DNA of 63,730 nucleotides, counting the filler, from Octopus bimaculoides (lineage: Eukaryota), in NCBI RefSeq assembly GCF_001194135.2. It is 5 parts of 5 records of this genome, joined end to end, with 100 filler letters (N's around TTAATTAATTAA, not from the genome) between each part and the next. Parts side by side here need not be neighbours in the genome. Positions count along the whole stretch, not along the records: positions 20,268 to 33,057 come from NC_069008.1; positions 33,158 to 46,490 come from NC_068981.1; 3 more parts are not named here. The stretch is one strand, 5' to 3'. Position 1 is the stretch's first letter, and each line of letters opens with the position of its first letter. Positions 27,083 to 41,100 of this stretch are shown here, piece by piece. The notes under the pieces are model-generated. The model was not told the DNA's origin, searched no databases, and was given only the letters and a program-made list of their open reading frames with translations. A program made the translations under genes and the position numbers.

Positions 27083-27947
27083 TCTGTTTATCTATCTATA
27101 CACACACATATATGTATGCAACAGGCTTCTTTCAGTCTCCATCTACTAAATCCACTTACAAATCTTTTGTCAGTCCGAGGCTAAAGTAGAAGACACTTGC
27201 CCAAGGTGCCACGCAATGGGATTGAACCTGGAACCATAGGGTTGGGAAGCAATCATCTTACCACACAGCCAAAACACAGAAATATGTCAGTAGTGAGGTA
27301 AGGATGGTGATGTTGATGGCATTAGAGGATAGAGGTGGTGGTGGGCATGGTAGGAGGGGTTGTTTGAGCAGTCTGGCTTGTGTTGAGCAGAGTGTTTTTT
27401 AGTGGGGTGGCGGTAGTGGTATGCTGGTAGTGGTGGTGATAGTAGTAGTATGGGATTGTCAAGGTTTGAGTCTGTGAGCGGTGTGGTGCTGGTGGTGATG
27501 GTATGAAATTGGTGGTAGCTGTGGAGGGGTGGTAGTGGTTATGGTGGTGTTGAGGATAGTGGTGGTGGTGGTGATGGTGGTGGTATTGAGTATGGTGGTT
27601 GTGGTGGCAGTGAAACAATTAGTGGCGTTTATGGTGGTGGCCATGGCAGATGCAGTGGCAGTGGCAGGAGGGCAACAACCATTATGGTGGGAGTACTATT
27701 GGTAGTAGCAGCAGCAGCTGCAGCAGTAGCAGGAGTAGTAATAATTAGAGGGGAGGAGGGGAGGAGGGGAGGGGAGAAGGAGGAGTGGTGGTAGTAGTAG
27801 TTTTAGCAGTAGTAGTAGCGGTAGGGGTGGGAGTGGTAGTAGTAGTAGTAGAAGTGGTGGTGGTTGTAGTACTAGTGGTAGTAGTAGTAGTAGTGGTGGT
27901 GGTGGTGGTGGTGGTGATGGTTGTAGTAGTGGTGGTGGTGGTAGTAT

Positions 27948-27978
<31 letters not shown>

Positions 27979-28510
27979 GGTGGTGCTGGTCGTAGTACTA
28001 GTAGTAGTAGTAGTAGTGGTGGTGGTGGCGGCGGCGGTAACCATCGATCGATCCCACATGAAAACAACAAACCACGTGACTGTCAAACGTGAAAGACTGA
28101 CATTACCCCCACACAAAATCTCCGCCTTCACATATAAAGACATGTATGCGCGGGCGCGCGTATGTATACGTAATATAATAATAATAATAATAAGTGTTCT
28201 CAGTAGCGAATGAATAGAGATTATGTGGTTTTGTTATGCTGTACTGGGATACCGAAATTAACATCCGAAGATCCAAAATACACAATACAAGGCGCATTTG
28301 TGTGTGTGTGTGTGTGTGCAGAGACACACACACACATGTAAAAATGCATGTTCAAGCACATATATTTACACATATACGATGCTTATAACGCACACATGCA
28401 TGCATACATACAAATAAATAGATAGATAGATAGATACACTGATAGATAGATAGATAGGTGTATATACATATGTATGCATACATGTACACATATATATATA
28501 TACATATAGG

Positions 28511-28556
<46 letters not shown>

Positions 28557-28566
28557 NNNNNNNNNN

Positions 28567-28608
<42 letters not shown>

Positions 28609-28690
28609 GAATGTGTTTATATACATACATACCTATACACATAAGACATACATTACACACGCGCGCGCACATGGATATGTATACGGGATT

Positions 28691-28727
<37 letters not shown>

Positions 28728-28787
28728 CATACGCCACCAAGCAGCTGCTGATATCGATCGAACGCACGAACGCGCGAAAACGGGGCA

Positions 28788-28930
28788 TGCATTCAACAAC
28801 AAACTGGAAGAATGGTATTGATGGAATGTTGATGGAATTCTCTGTGGAATGTGTGGAATGCTCCTGTTGCTTCGCGTGCTGGTTTGGGGCCCAAGGCGGG
28901 GCGGCAGCGCGGCACGGTGGGGATGCGGCG
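28788..28930. promoter_or_regulatory. CpG-rich island with clustered TEAD/Scalloped-type motifs and a GC box
   Basis: TGGAATGT 28822, TGGAATTC 28833, TGGAATGT 28845, TGGAATGC 28854, plus AGAATG near 28810 and GGGGCGG near 28900; motif match only. Confidence 0.35.
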
Positions 28931-29092
28931 CGATGGAACAACGGGTGTGTTGTGTGAGGAGAGAACACGAAATGAGANNNNNNNNNNNNNNNNNNNNNNN
29001 NNNNNNNNNNNNNNNNNNNNNNNNNNNNNNNNNNNNNNNNNNNNNNNNNNNNNNNNNNNNNNNNNNNNNNNNNNNNNNNNNNNNNNNNNNNN

Positions 29093-30055
29093 GCGCATGT
29101 TTGTGTATGTATGTGTGTATATGTATGTGTTTGTATGCGAGTATATGTATGCGTGTGCAGGTTTGTATGCTTGTTTGTGCATGTGTGTCTGAACGTGTGT
29201 GCTTGTGTACGTGTATGCGTGTGTTTGTACGTGTGTGTTTGTGTACGTACGTACGTGTGTATGCATGTTTGTGTATGTTTATGTGTATATGTGTGCGTTT
29301 ATGTACAACTACCTGTGTTTGTGTACGTACGTGTGTACACGTTTGTGTAAGTGTGACTATGTGTATGTGTGCGTATGTGTACGAGCATGTTTGTGCATGT
29401 GTGTGTGTGTGTGCAAGCCTGTTTGTGTTTCAGTGTGTGTATGTTTGTGAATATGCGCGTTTGCGTGCGTGCGCGCGCGTTTTGCATGAATGTATGCATG
29501 TGTGTGTGTGCGTGTGTTTGTGTGTATGTGTGCCCGTGCATATTTTTGCGTTTGTGTATGCACGCGTGTGTATGTATGTGCTTGTGTTTATATGTTTGTG
29601 TGTTTGTACGCACGCGTGTGTATGTTAGTAAGTTGTCGGTGGAGATGGAGATGGTTGGGTGGGGGGAAATGGTGGTGGTGGTGGGGCCGAACGAGGGTTC
29701 ATAGGATGAGCAGATATTGAACAGTAATTGTTCATGTGACGCCTGTAGAAGGTTGTTTTAATTTTAGCTAAGAGAGAGAGAGAGAGTGTATGTGAGAGAG
29801 AGAGTGAGTGAGAGAGAGAGAGAGTGTGTGAGAGAGAGAGAGTGAGTGAGAGTGTGTGAGATAGAGAGAGTGAGTGAGAGAGAGAGAAAGAGAGAGTGAG
29901 AGAGAGACGAAAAGAGAAAGAGACAAAGAGAGGGGGAGGGAAAAACAGACAGACAGACAGACAAACAGAGACAGAAGACGGAAGAAAGAGACAAAGAGAG
30001 GGGGGACAGACAGACAGACAGACAAAATGAGAGAGAGAGAAAGAGAGAGAGAGGG
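29093..30055. repeat. Degenerate (TG)n/(TGTA)n mosaic (29093-29630) and (GA)n/(GACA)n tract (29770-30055)
   Basis: Direct reading. Confidence 0.9.
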
Positions 30056-30253
30056 GGGCAAGAACTCCTAATGTAAACAATAATATTGGGTACCGGTAAG
30101 TTTTGGTGCCGTATATACTTCCATTTGTTGTCTTTTTCCGTCTTGCTTTCTTGTGTTTTTTGTTTCGTAATTCCCCCCACCCCTTATTTAACTGTTCTAA
30201 ATTCTTCTTCTTCTTCTTCTATCTATCTATCTCTGTCTATCTATCTATCTCTG

Positions 30254-30292
<39 letters not shown>

Positions 30293-30297
30293 CTATA

Positions 30298-30329
<32 letters not shown>

Positions 30330-31020
30330 AATTGATAGATCAAATTACCCAATATATATTCTTTTATTCTTTTATGTGTTTCAGTCATTTGACTGCAGCC
30401 ATGCTGGAGCACCACCTCGAGGGTTTTGTTTTAGTCGAACAAGTCAACCCCAGGACTTATTCTTTGTAAGCCTATTTAAACAGAAATTTGGTAAGAAAAG
30501 GGTCTTAAAATGAGGAACACATTAGTCAGAGAGGAAGCTTCTGTGTAATCAACAGCCAAATCTCCCTTTCATCCAGCGTTGGGCCTCATGGAGGCAGTGA
30601 CGGGTGACCGAGACCTTTGGTGATTTACCGTGCTTGTGAAGACTTGTCAAGCCAAGTGAGACTGCAGTTGTGGCTGATGCAAGTGTCAGGGCAATGGCAC
30701 CCATGCTGATGGCACATAAAAGAGTGGTTGGCGCAAGGAAGGGCATCCACCCATAAATCTTGCCAAATCAGATCAGGACGTGGTGCAGCTCCCTGGCTTA
30801 CCAGTTTTCAGTCAAACTGTCCGACCCATGCCAGCATGGACAGCGGACGTTAAATGACAGCGATGATGGTGATGGGATTCTTTCAGCTTCCATCTATCAA
30901 ATTCACTCACAAGGCTTTGGTTGGCCCGGGGTTATAGAAGAAGACACTTGCCAAGGGTTTCATAGTGGGACAGAACCTGGAACCATGTGAATGAGAAGCA
31001 AAACACTCACCACGCAGCCA

Positions 31021-31402
31021 TACTCTTTTACTTACTTGTTTCAGGCATGTGACAGCGGCCATGCTGGAGCACCGCCTTTAGTCGAGCAAATCGACCTCAG
31101 GACTTATTCTTTGTAAGCCTAGTACTTATTCTATCGGTCTCCTTTGCCGAACCGCTAAGTTACGGGTACGTAAACACACCAGCATTGGTTGTCAAGCGAT
31201 GTTGGGGGGACAAACACAGACACACAAACACACATATATATACATATATACGACGGGCTTCTTTCAGTTTCCGTCTACCAAATCCACTCACAAGGCTTTG
31301 GTCGGCCCGAGGCTATAGTAGAAGACACTTGCCCAAGGTGCCATGCAGTGGGACTGAACCCGGAACCATGTGGTCGGTAGGCAAGCTACTTACCACACAG
31401 CC
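31021..31402 (-). mobile_element. Full-length, least diverged SINE family A copy
   Basis: Complete 3' half, short microsatellite and 5' half; 3'-half fragments also at 30357-30473 (-) and 32394-32549 (+). Confidence 0.9.
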
Positions 31403-31429
31403 AGTTCTACGCCATGCAAACTTTCAATT

Positions 31430-31599
31430 TTAAAGAAATCTAAGTTAAAACCTTCTGCTTTCAAGATTTCATTTTAATTTACGTTCCAAATACCAGCTCA
31501 ATAATTTCTAAGTTATTTTATTAAATTCTTTGTTATTTCTGAAAATGATTGAAATCAAGAGGGCGTATTTCAACAAAAATACCGTAACAAAAGGGTTAA
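31430..31599 (+). mobile_element. Single right-end unit of a piggyBac-like MITE
   Basis: Similar to the ~155-bp units at 59294-59767; ends AACAAAAGGGTTAA. Confidence 0.5.
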
Positions 31600-31952
31600 A
31601 TTGTTTGGGACTTATATGTTCCACCCAGATTTTAACACCTTGTGTGATTACCTAGTTTCCTTAACAAGCACTTAAAAACAATTAGTGGAAACATGGTACA
31701 TGTCTTCCAAGACATACTCACTTGAAAATAATGGCTGGCTGCCATATTTGCACTTGGGAAATTCTTGTCTATTTTTGAGATCTGTATGTATGTATGGATG
31801 CGAATATGTATGTATATATGAATGTATGTATGCATGTACATATGTATGTTCGTGAGTGTGCGTGTGTGTGTGTATGTATGTATATATGCATATATTATAT
31901 ATATATATATATATACAGATAGATAGATAGCTATAGATATATACATACATAC

Positions 31953-32005
<53 letters not shown>

Positions 32006-32149
32006 TATATATGTAGGAGAGTATTGTAGTTTGCTTGAAGCATTGTGTATTGTTTGTAAAGAATAAAAAGTTTTGAATGGTACAACAATGCACTATAAAA
32101 CAAACAATGGACTATATACCTGTTGTAATTTAGTTATCTATAGTCCGAT

Positions 32150-32180
32150 GATATTTCGGAATACAATTCCTTCTTCAGAT
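32150..32180 (-). ncRNA. Hammerhead core plus stem II remnant
   Basis: CUGAAGA-A-GGAAU(UGU)AUUCC-GAAAUAUC; stems I and III cannot be formed convincingly. Confidence 0.3.
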
Positions 32181-32546
32181 ATTCTTAGATGGAGTCACTG
32201 CTATAATCGGTTTTCCAACGGCTTTTCTATTTTCTATTTTCTCAAATTTTAAAACAAACTTGTAATTTTCTTATGGTTTCTTAAACATTCTCTAGAACAA
32301 CGCAATGTACAAAACCAAATATATGGCACCCAAGGCATAACACCAGCATGAACTTCTAACTTGTCTCTTGAGGTCTCTGGGTGAGACTTCGAACCGATGG
32401 TGGTGTGTTTATGTCCCCATAACTTAGCGGTTCGGCAAAAGATACTGATAGAATAAATACTAGGCTTCCAAAGTTCTGGGGTCGATTTGCTCGACTAAAG
32501 GCGGTGCTGTAGCATGGCCGCAGTCAAATGACTGAAAGAGTAAAGA

Positions 32547-32583
<37 letters not shown>

Positions 32584-32613
32584 GCTAAACTGGCAATATG
32601 ACCATCCCCAAGT

Positions 32614-32656
<43 letters not shown>

Positions 32657-32686
32657 GCTAAACTGGCAATATGACCATCCCCAAGT

Positions 32687-32723
<37 letters not shown>

Positions 32724-33157
32724 CGCACACATATATATAAATATACATAGACATGGCCACAAACAAACATACACAAGTATCCATACAGGCACACAAATGC
32801 ACATATATACACATATATACATACAACCATCAACAAATATATATGTATATATGTACAAGTATACACACACACACATACACATACACACACGACTATATCT
32901 TATGTTTCTACACACTCTATGTACGTGAGCAAAGAAGCTATGTGACACACATTTGAACACAAATGCACAGACTTACAGACAGGCAGACAAGCAGACAGGC
33001 AGACAGGCAGGCAGCAGAGACTCACAGACAGACACACTCTGTTCTCTACCCCCCCCCNNNNNNNNNNNNNNNNNNNNNNNNNNNNNNNNNNNNNNNNNNN
33101 NTTAATTAATTAANNNNNNNNNNNNNNNNNNNNNNNNNNNNNNNNNNNNNNNNNNNN

Positions 33158-33205
<48 letters not shown>

Positions 33206-34091
33206 AAATCCTTCAAATCACGATCCGCCAAAGAAAAGTCATATTAAATCATATTGTCGTTTATATTCCTAAAAGGTGTGGATGGTTCCGACTAAAATGC
33301 CTTTCCTCATAAGTCTGCCTGGACAAGAGTGGCAGTGTTAAACAACAACAACGATAACAACAAATTTTTTAGTACTTATGCACTAGATCTGTGAAAAACA
33401 TTGTATGCATTATCGTATTTATTTAAACACACCTTTTTGACTTGCTTTATCTTCAATATATTGCTAACGTATAATTAACTTTGACGACCAAACAGCGCCC
33501 GTTCGCACTGGAAATTCATTTCAGAAAAACGTTTCAGAGAGAAAGAAAGCAAGAGAATAAATATTAAGAAGTCAGTGAGAGAAACAATAGACAGAGAAAG
33601 ACAGAAAGTGATGATTATTATGTTAAAATGGTGGCCATTAATAAAGCGAGTAGTAATCATGTTACTTGTGGCATGAAAGAATCAGTCAACCATACAAAAT
33701 ACAAATAACATATATTCCATTATTTCTATGTTGACTTGTTACACCTAGCTTTGCGTTTGTTTCTTTCACTTTGTATTCTGTTTAATCTCGTATTTCGTTG
33801 GCATGTCTATGTATATGTATGCATTCGCGTGTCTTTATTTTTGTTGAGATGTATGTGCTTTTTATCTATATTTCGTTTATAAATTAAAATACACATATAT
33901 ACGCACATAACATATACAGGCATGCACCCACCATATGCATAAAAAAACCGGTCATAGACTTCAAAGTAAACTGTTTCATTCATTTGAGTGTTTGTGAGAT
34001 CTCCTCAGTCTTCAATTTTCTCAACCCTGTTATTTTCATAATTTATTATGTTGGCTAAGAATATGTCTATATAATGTGTATAATTTGAAGG

Positions 34092-34282
34092 TCCTAACCC
34101 CAGCATTGACAGTAGGGTCTTATATTTCAAGTAAGATACACATTATTATGCACACATACTGCAAGCTTACAGATATACACTGGACTATAAAATTTATATG
34201 TAATAAACATATGCATGATAGTATGTTTGTAATTATGTATGTGTATATGAATGTATCTATCTATATAGCTAATTGGATATCG
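34092..34282 (+). repeat. 191-bp direct repeat, partner at 35954-36144
   Basis: Two mismatches by hand comparison. Confidence 0.9.
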
Positions 34283-34629
34283 TGCTTGGCGTAGATTTCT
34301 TTGCATCAAATTCTGTCAAGCAATTTTGATGTACAATGTCAGTACATAAATCTCCAGATCTACATAAAGGTAATTGTTCCTTACCTAAGGGAAGTTAGTC
34401 AGATTTGCACTGTTAAGATCTGAAGGAGATGCGTCTTACCCTCTTCTTTAAGAGAAATAGTTTCCTATGCTATGTCAGTTTTACTACTGAGACAGTTGCT
34501 TGTTATGTCAACGCTTGTCCTTTTTTATCCTTAGTTTATATTTAATATTGTTGTGCTTTGCTTAGCGATACATACATACATACATACATACATACATACA
34601 TACATACATACATACATACCTTAACATCA

Positions 34630-34785
34630 ACACAAGGTATATTGGTGGAACATCCTCATAAAAACATTCACCAAATGAAAAACATAAGAGGCCGTATTTT
34701 GTTGTTTAGGATAGACAAGAAAATTATATGTACCGTCATAGGGGTCCGTTGCCCTGCTGATGTGAATACCTCTTCTAAAATAAAA
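34630..34785 (+). mobile_element. Decayed RLE-domain fragment of the (CATA)n-associated non-LTR family
   Basis: Encodes YWWNI…ICTVIGVRCPADVN, matching VVEISCPADVN in the 49846-50378 copy; follows (CATA)n at 34567-34617. Confidence 0.6.
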
Positions 34786-35630
34786 ACAAAGACAAAACAA
34801 AAGAAGATAACTACGGAAAACTGCTTTGAAACCATTATCTTCTATATCTAGATTATGAGTTCACATTTATATTAATAAGAATTGCTGCACGAGGGTTTCC
34901 ATTAAAAAATCAACCAATCAAAACACACATTAGATATACAATCTGTAGGCGGAACACTGAAGATATGGATGACTTTACTCAATTTCAAAATGTTACAGTG
35001 TTTTTGTCACCTACATTCCAAAAATGGAGTTTTGTATCTTTGTTAGAAAGTAGCTATCTCCTTTTAGGAAGACTTCAAATAATTATAAGTAAAAGAGAAT
35101 ATAAATATATACATATATATACAACATACATTTACACTTACATACATATATGCATGAAGAGATACTCCCAAGTATAACCATTTTTTTATGCTCTCTTCCT
35201 TTTTACACAAACTATGGTATGCTCATGAAAGCGAAAACGTTTGAGGCATGCACCCCAATGGAAAGTTCAACAATCCCATCCCCCAGTTTCCAACGGCGCA
35301 TCAACGGAATACGCAGCTACGTGGTTGACCGGAGAATCGTGACAACTCCAACTTATTTTAGTTTTTTTCTTTAAGCTCTCACAACTAAAGAAGATATGGA
35401 AGTAGTAACACTATTTTTTTTTCGTAAATATGCGTCTATTACGATTACTACAAAGAAAAATCCATCTACTGTTAGTGGTTTCAAGAAGTTCGAGTCTTGA
35501 GTTGCACTTGAAGTGTAGAAAAAAAGACAGGGCGCAAAAAGTACGCACGCGAAGAAAAGAAATGTGAAAAATTGTCACATTTCATATCTGAGTATCCTTC
35601 TCTCATATGCATTTATACACACGCGCACGC

Positions 35631-35723
<93 letters not shown>

Positions 35724-36582
35724 TATAGGGGTTATGAGCGATAGTGGTGTTAATTAGACCCAGAGGTTTCAGGTAATGTTCAGTAAGTGCTATGGATAGA
35801 CCATAGTTAAGCTCCAGGTTCGGAGATTATGCGAATAAGGGGTCCAACGTAGGTCATATATCAACGTATGAGACCTATTTATAAATGTTCTATATTATAC
35901 ACAGCCTTGTTTTTTTTTTATCTCATTACGAAAAGTAAATCCTTATATATATATCCTAACCCCAGCATTGACAGTAGGATCTTATATTTCAAGTAAGATA
36001 CACATTATTATGCACACATACTGCAAGCTTACAGATATACACTGGACTATAAAATTTATATGTAATAAACATATGCATGATAGTATGTTTGTAATTATGT
36101 ATGTGTATATGAATGTATCTATCTATATAGCTAGTTGGATATCGGAAAGGACCACTCCGTCGGTTACGACGACGAGGGTCCCAGCTGATTCGATCAATGG
36201 AACAGCCTGCTCGTGAAATTAACGTGCAAGTGGTTGAGCACTTAACCCTTAACGCAGTTCTCAAGGAGATTCAGCGTGATACAGTGTGTGATAAGACTGA
36301 CCCTTGGAAATACAGGTATTACTCATTTTTGCCAGCTGAGTGGACTAGAGTAACGTGAAATAAAGTGTCTTTCTCAAGAAGCACAAGAAAAACACACAAC
36401 AGAGTGCCAGTGGCTGTCCTTTGAAAAGTTTTGCTTTCCATCCTGTTTAATGTCCACAAATCACCTTCGGTGGGATGAAGAGTTTAGTCACCGACATCAC
36501 AGCAGTGCAACGAATGGTACTGAGTTACATGATACCTGTAGTGCACACGGGCTGGGGAGGGGCTTTGGGTGTGTGTGGGGTG

Positions 36583-37418
36583 TAAATGCCTTGTGAACAA
36601 AATTCGTAGACGGAAACTGTGTGGAAGTTCACTCTGTGTGTGTATGTGTGTGTATCTTTTGTGTGTGTATGTGTGTGTGTCCCTCCATATCGCTTAACAA
36701 CTGGTGTTCCTTTGTTTACATTCCAGTAACTTAGCAAATCGACAAAAGACACCAACAGAACAAATATCATACTTAAATGAAGATAAGTACTGTGATCGAT
36801 TTGTTCGACTAAATGTTTTCAGAGAGATAATCTAGCATGGGTGCAGTCCAATGGCTGAAACGAGTAAAAGGATAAAAGGAGATACATGTGGTAAATAGCT
36901 TGCTTACCAACGACATGGTTCCGGGTTCAGTCCCACTGCGTGGCACCTTGGGCAAGTGTTGTCTGCTATAGCCACGGGCCGACCAAAGCCTTATGAGTGG
37001 ATTTTGTAGGCGAAAACTGAAAGAAGCCTGTCGTATATATATANNNNNNNNNNNNNNNNNNNNNNNNNNNNNNNNNNNNNNNNNNNNNNNNNNNNNNNNN
37101 NNNNNNNNNNNNNNNNNNNNNNNNNNNNNNNNNNNNNNNNNNNNNNNNNNNNNNNNNNNNNNNNNNNNNNNNNNNNNNNNNNNNNNNNNNTGTGTGTGTG
37201 TGTGTGTGTGTTTGTGTGTGTGTTTGTCCCCCAACATCGCTTGACAACCGGTGCTGGTGTGTTTACGTCCCCGTAACTTAGCGGTTCGGCAAAAGAGACC
37301 GATAGAGTAAGTACTACGCTTACAAAGAATAAGTCCTGGGGTCGACTTGCTCGACTAAAGGTAGTGCTCCAGCACGGCCAAAGTCAAATGACTGAAACAA
37401 GTAAAAGAGTAAAAGAGA
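36583..37418 (+). mobile_element. Two tandem SINE family A copies (diverged 36583-36880; younger 36885-37418 with internal gap)
   Basis: Both halves recognisable in each copy. Confidence 0.8.
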
Positions 37419-39684
37419 GTATATGTACACACGCACACCCACACACACACACATGCGCATGTATTTACACACATGATTACATGAATACAAATAAGCACAC
37501 ATACACGAATACGTACATATGTTCAATCATACATATACATGTGTAATACATAGTTATAAAAACATCTATGCTTCTATTACATGCCCGCGCGTCTGCGCAC
37601 TCACAGGCGTAAACAAATATTTAACAGCACAAACAGGTTTTTACAATATACGACAAACCTAAAGAATTCTTTTGTTGTTTTCTATTAGTGTATTACTGTA
37701 TAGCTTTAGTAAGTGCTTAATCATTTAGTGAGGCTTGTTTCTTTAGAAGTTATATAAAAGCCGACATTTGAGATGACAGTATACTAAATAATTGGCCATA
37801 AAAAATAATTTAAGGTATATTACAGCAGTAATATTCACAACATTTTCGTATGTTAAACGTTCTGACTTCTCGCTTAGTATTTTACATACAGTTCATCCTC
37901 CAGAACATACCTTTCAATAGTTGTCGACTAGAGATTACAATAATTGCGGTACCGTGCTGTATTCAGCATCGTCAGAGCGAAACAGCGTTCATAATACTAA
38001 GGAAAGCCTGGGTTCTTATGGTTTTTACTGTGGCACACTTTTTCTTCCATTCTCTAGGCAGCCATCGCATTGTAAAGATTACAATCTTGCAGTCATTAAC
38101 CTTATTGAGGATTCCTTCTTAGCTTTCAGCTTTGATTTTTCTGTCTGTCTGTCTGTCTCTCTGTCTGTCCGTCTCTGTCTCTCTGTCTCTCTGTTTGTCT
38201 CTCTCTCTCTCTCTCTCTCTCTGTAAAGTATTTCGTAATTTTCTCTCCGATTAACATCATTGCTCTGCTATTCATTCTAAGTGTAACATCAACCAATTCC
38301 ACCTCAAAAGAGTTTCTAATAGAAGCTCAAAAACCTACACACACAAATATATATTCGTAAAGAAGCAAGCTAGAAGACCCTTTTGTTTTTTGATCTTCCT
38401 TTTATTAAAATAAAACATTGATATAAATTTTTTAAACTGAATTTTATTCCCGCTTTTATACACGAGTATATATACACTTATATAATGCCCCACTTTCGCA
38501 TATATACACAGACCTAAAATAATATATCACAAAATACCGACCTTTGTTACAGAATTGAAGAAATATGTATAAACATATAGTCCACAAATTCTACCTCCAC
38601 AAAACACAAAGGTTAAAATTTCTACCTATGTAACAAATTGCTTATAGAACAATGAACCCCTGGAAAGAAACAATCAGACCAACAACTATTAGCCCTACCC
38701 ACATCATCTTGTGAACATCAAAGCACAAGACAATTTTCTATATTTAGAACACTATGATATACCAGAGTAATAACCTTACAAATACAAACAGGATATACCC
38801 TAAATAATAACAAGTAAAGTCCTTGACCAACCAAAACATATCACCTTCCTGTACATTTGTTAACTATTACAAAATTCTATTACAAAAATGTTAACATACC
38901 CAGTTACTAAGTTTTTAAATACTGGACTAAACTTTAAATCTTTGACCTTTACATTGTCAAAGCAAAGAATTAAACCCAATAAAACTAAAAATAACCAAAA
39001 CAACTGGCACATTTTAGACCTACCTACATAATCCTTTTCCTGAACCACTAAAAAGCATTTCTATCATCTGACGCGGACACACCTAATCAGAAACACCTGT
39101 TTACAAAGTAAATTCTAAATAATAATAATACAGCCACAGATCTAATCAATAAAAGTTTCTCATAACAACTCTCTACCACAACCCACCCTACTCCAGCGAG
39201 TAATGGTTTCTTAATGGTCTGCCACTCGTTTTTGAAAATTAACTGACCAATAGTAGCCTCTTATTGTCCAGACCAGTCCTATTTCGGACCCGGGGTTGTT
39301 TCAGGTATACTGCCTACTTGTAAAATACATACGAAATCAATAAATAGTAAATTATAGGCAACTGTTATCATTTAGTTCTATAACTACCAGTATTTCTTAT
39401 TACACTTCTTACTTTTTTATTCTATTTCTTGACTTACCGAATGGCTCATGTAGTTAATATATATTTAACCCCCCCCCCCGTATACAGGAATGTAACACCA
39501 AATATTATAACTACCCACTGATTACTTACAATGATATCTATTTTTATTATTATTGAGCTGGTTAACCGGAGAATCACGCTAACGGAAACAGCTGTAAGTT
39601 GAGATTCTGTCTTTTTGTAATTAATTGATAAATGATAATTTATATAATAATAATATAATGATATAATAATATAATAATATAAAA

Positions 39685-39719
<35 letters not shown>

Positions 39720-40868
39720 GATAATTGATGTAAATCAATTGCTATTCATCAATTGCTATTCATCAATTGTATCTTCATTTTCTGCTTTCCTTGAATATTG
39801 ATACACTTTAGTTTAATTTGGTCATTACCTATCATTTATGAGCATTAATACCAATGCTCATTATTAAATATAGGTAATATACCAGTGGATTCATTGGATA
39901 CAAGTATCCCATAGACGGTTTTTGTAACCTCTAACTTAACTCACCTATATATATATATATATNNNNNNNNNNNNNNNNNNNNNNNNNNNNNNNNNNNNNN
40001 NNNNNNNNNNNNNNNNNNNNNNNNNNNNNNNNNNNNNNNNNNNNNNNNACATACATATACACATCTGCTTTTAAATTATATATACCTTGCTATTCATGGT
40101 TGTCTTTCTTAACATTTATTGAATTTCTATTGCGAATTGAAACCATTCGTGGAAGCTTATCTCTTTGCTATACAATGTTCGCCTGCTTTATGTACTGTAC
40201 AATGTTGAGTAACCATGTCGTTACTGAGATCAGAACGATGTACAGCTAAGTTTATGACTAAATGATGTATCAAGACATAGATGTCAAAACCAGTCATGTT
40301 GTTGCGTTTTTGTTGTTGTTATTGTTGTTGATGTTGTTGTTGTTGTTCCCACAGTCATACGTTATGGTACTGTAAAAACTAAAAAAAGGTGATGTGTTCA
40401 GATGTAGCAATGTATATCAGTCTGATTGTTATTCGATTTGAAACTATTACATTTCAGTAGTTGTGTTCAATTGTATTGCAGTCTGGAAAATGTAATTGCA
40501 TCATATTTCAACAAACTTAACGATTATCGAAATAATGATTATCGGATTAAACTGCCAAACTACTCTAGATTTTCCAGTATTTTGACACATATATGAAATT
40601 CGTCTGGCATTCCATATAAACAGAGCCAGACTCTTAGTACTGGTTTGCCTTTAGATGTGGACTTAGACATTCAAAACTAAAAGACGCAAACACGCAAACA
40701 AGACAACCACACAATATCTTTATCTGTATATTCTTTCTTTCATTCTTCTGAATCAGCTAGTCATTCTTTCACACAGTCGTTCAATCACATTTTCCTCCTC
40801 TCCTTTTATCTGTGAGTGACTGTGTACGCATACCTACATACACACATGCAGAAATACACAAACATTTA

Positions 40869-40924
<56 letters not shown>

Positions 40925-41012
40925 CATAAATATGTATATATATATATATGTTTATATATTCAATAATAGGATGAATTCTTTTACAAGAATTTATCAGGTA
41001 TACATATATACA

Positions 41013-41100
41013 CACGAGGGAGTGCTGAAAAGTTCCTGGCCTTAAGGGTATCGCGAAAGGTGGTTAGAGGCCTAACCTTTCGAGTTCTTTTACTAACTAG
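41013..41100 (+). mobile_element. Left-end fragment of a mariner-type MITE
   Basis: CACGAGGGAGTGCTGAAAAGTTCCTGGC matches the TIR of 56175-56392. Confidence 0.7.

Noticed and set aside
32578-32700. Short tandem repeats (72-bp unit here; also 19412-19460, 20290-20390, 39735-39775, 54850-54915) as possible CRISPR-like arrays
   Set aside because: Two to three units without unique spacers, in eukaryotic DNA; ordinary slippage duplications.
38280-39350. A/C-rich strand-skewed stretch resembling a NUMT or old LINE
   Set aside because: No mitochondrial gene or ordered LINE motifs recognised; left unassigned.
40225-40250. TGAGATCA matching the bantam miRNA seed
   Set aside because: No similarity beyond the seed and no precursor-length hairpin.
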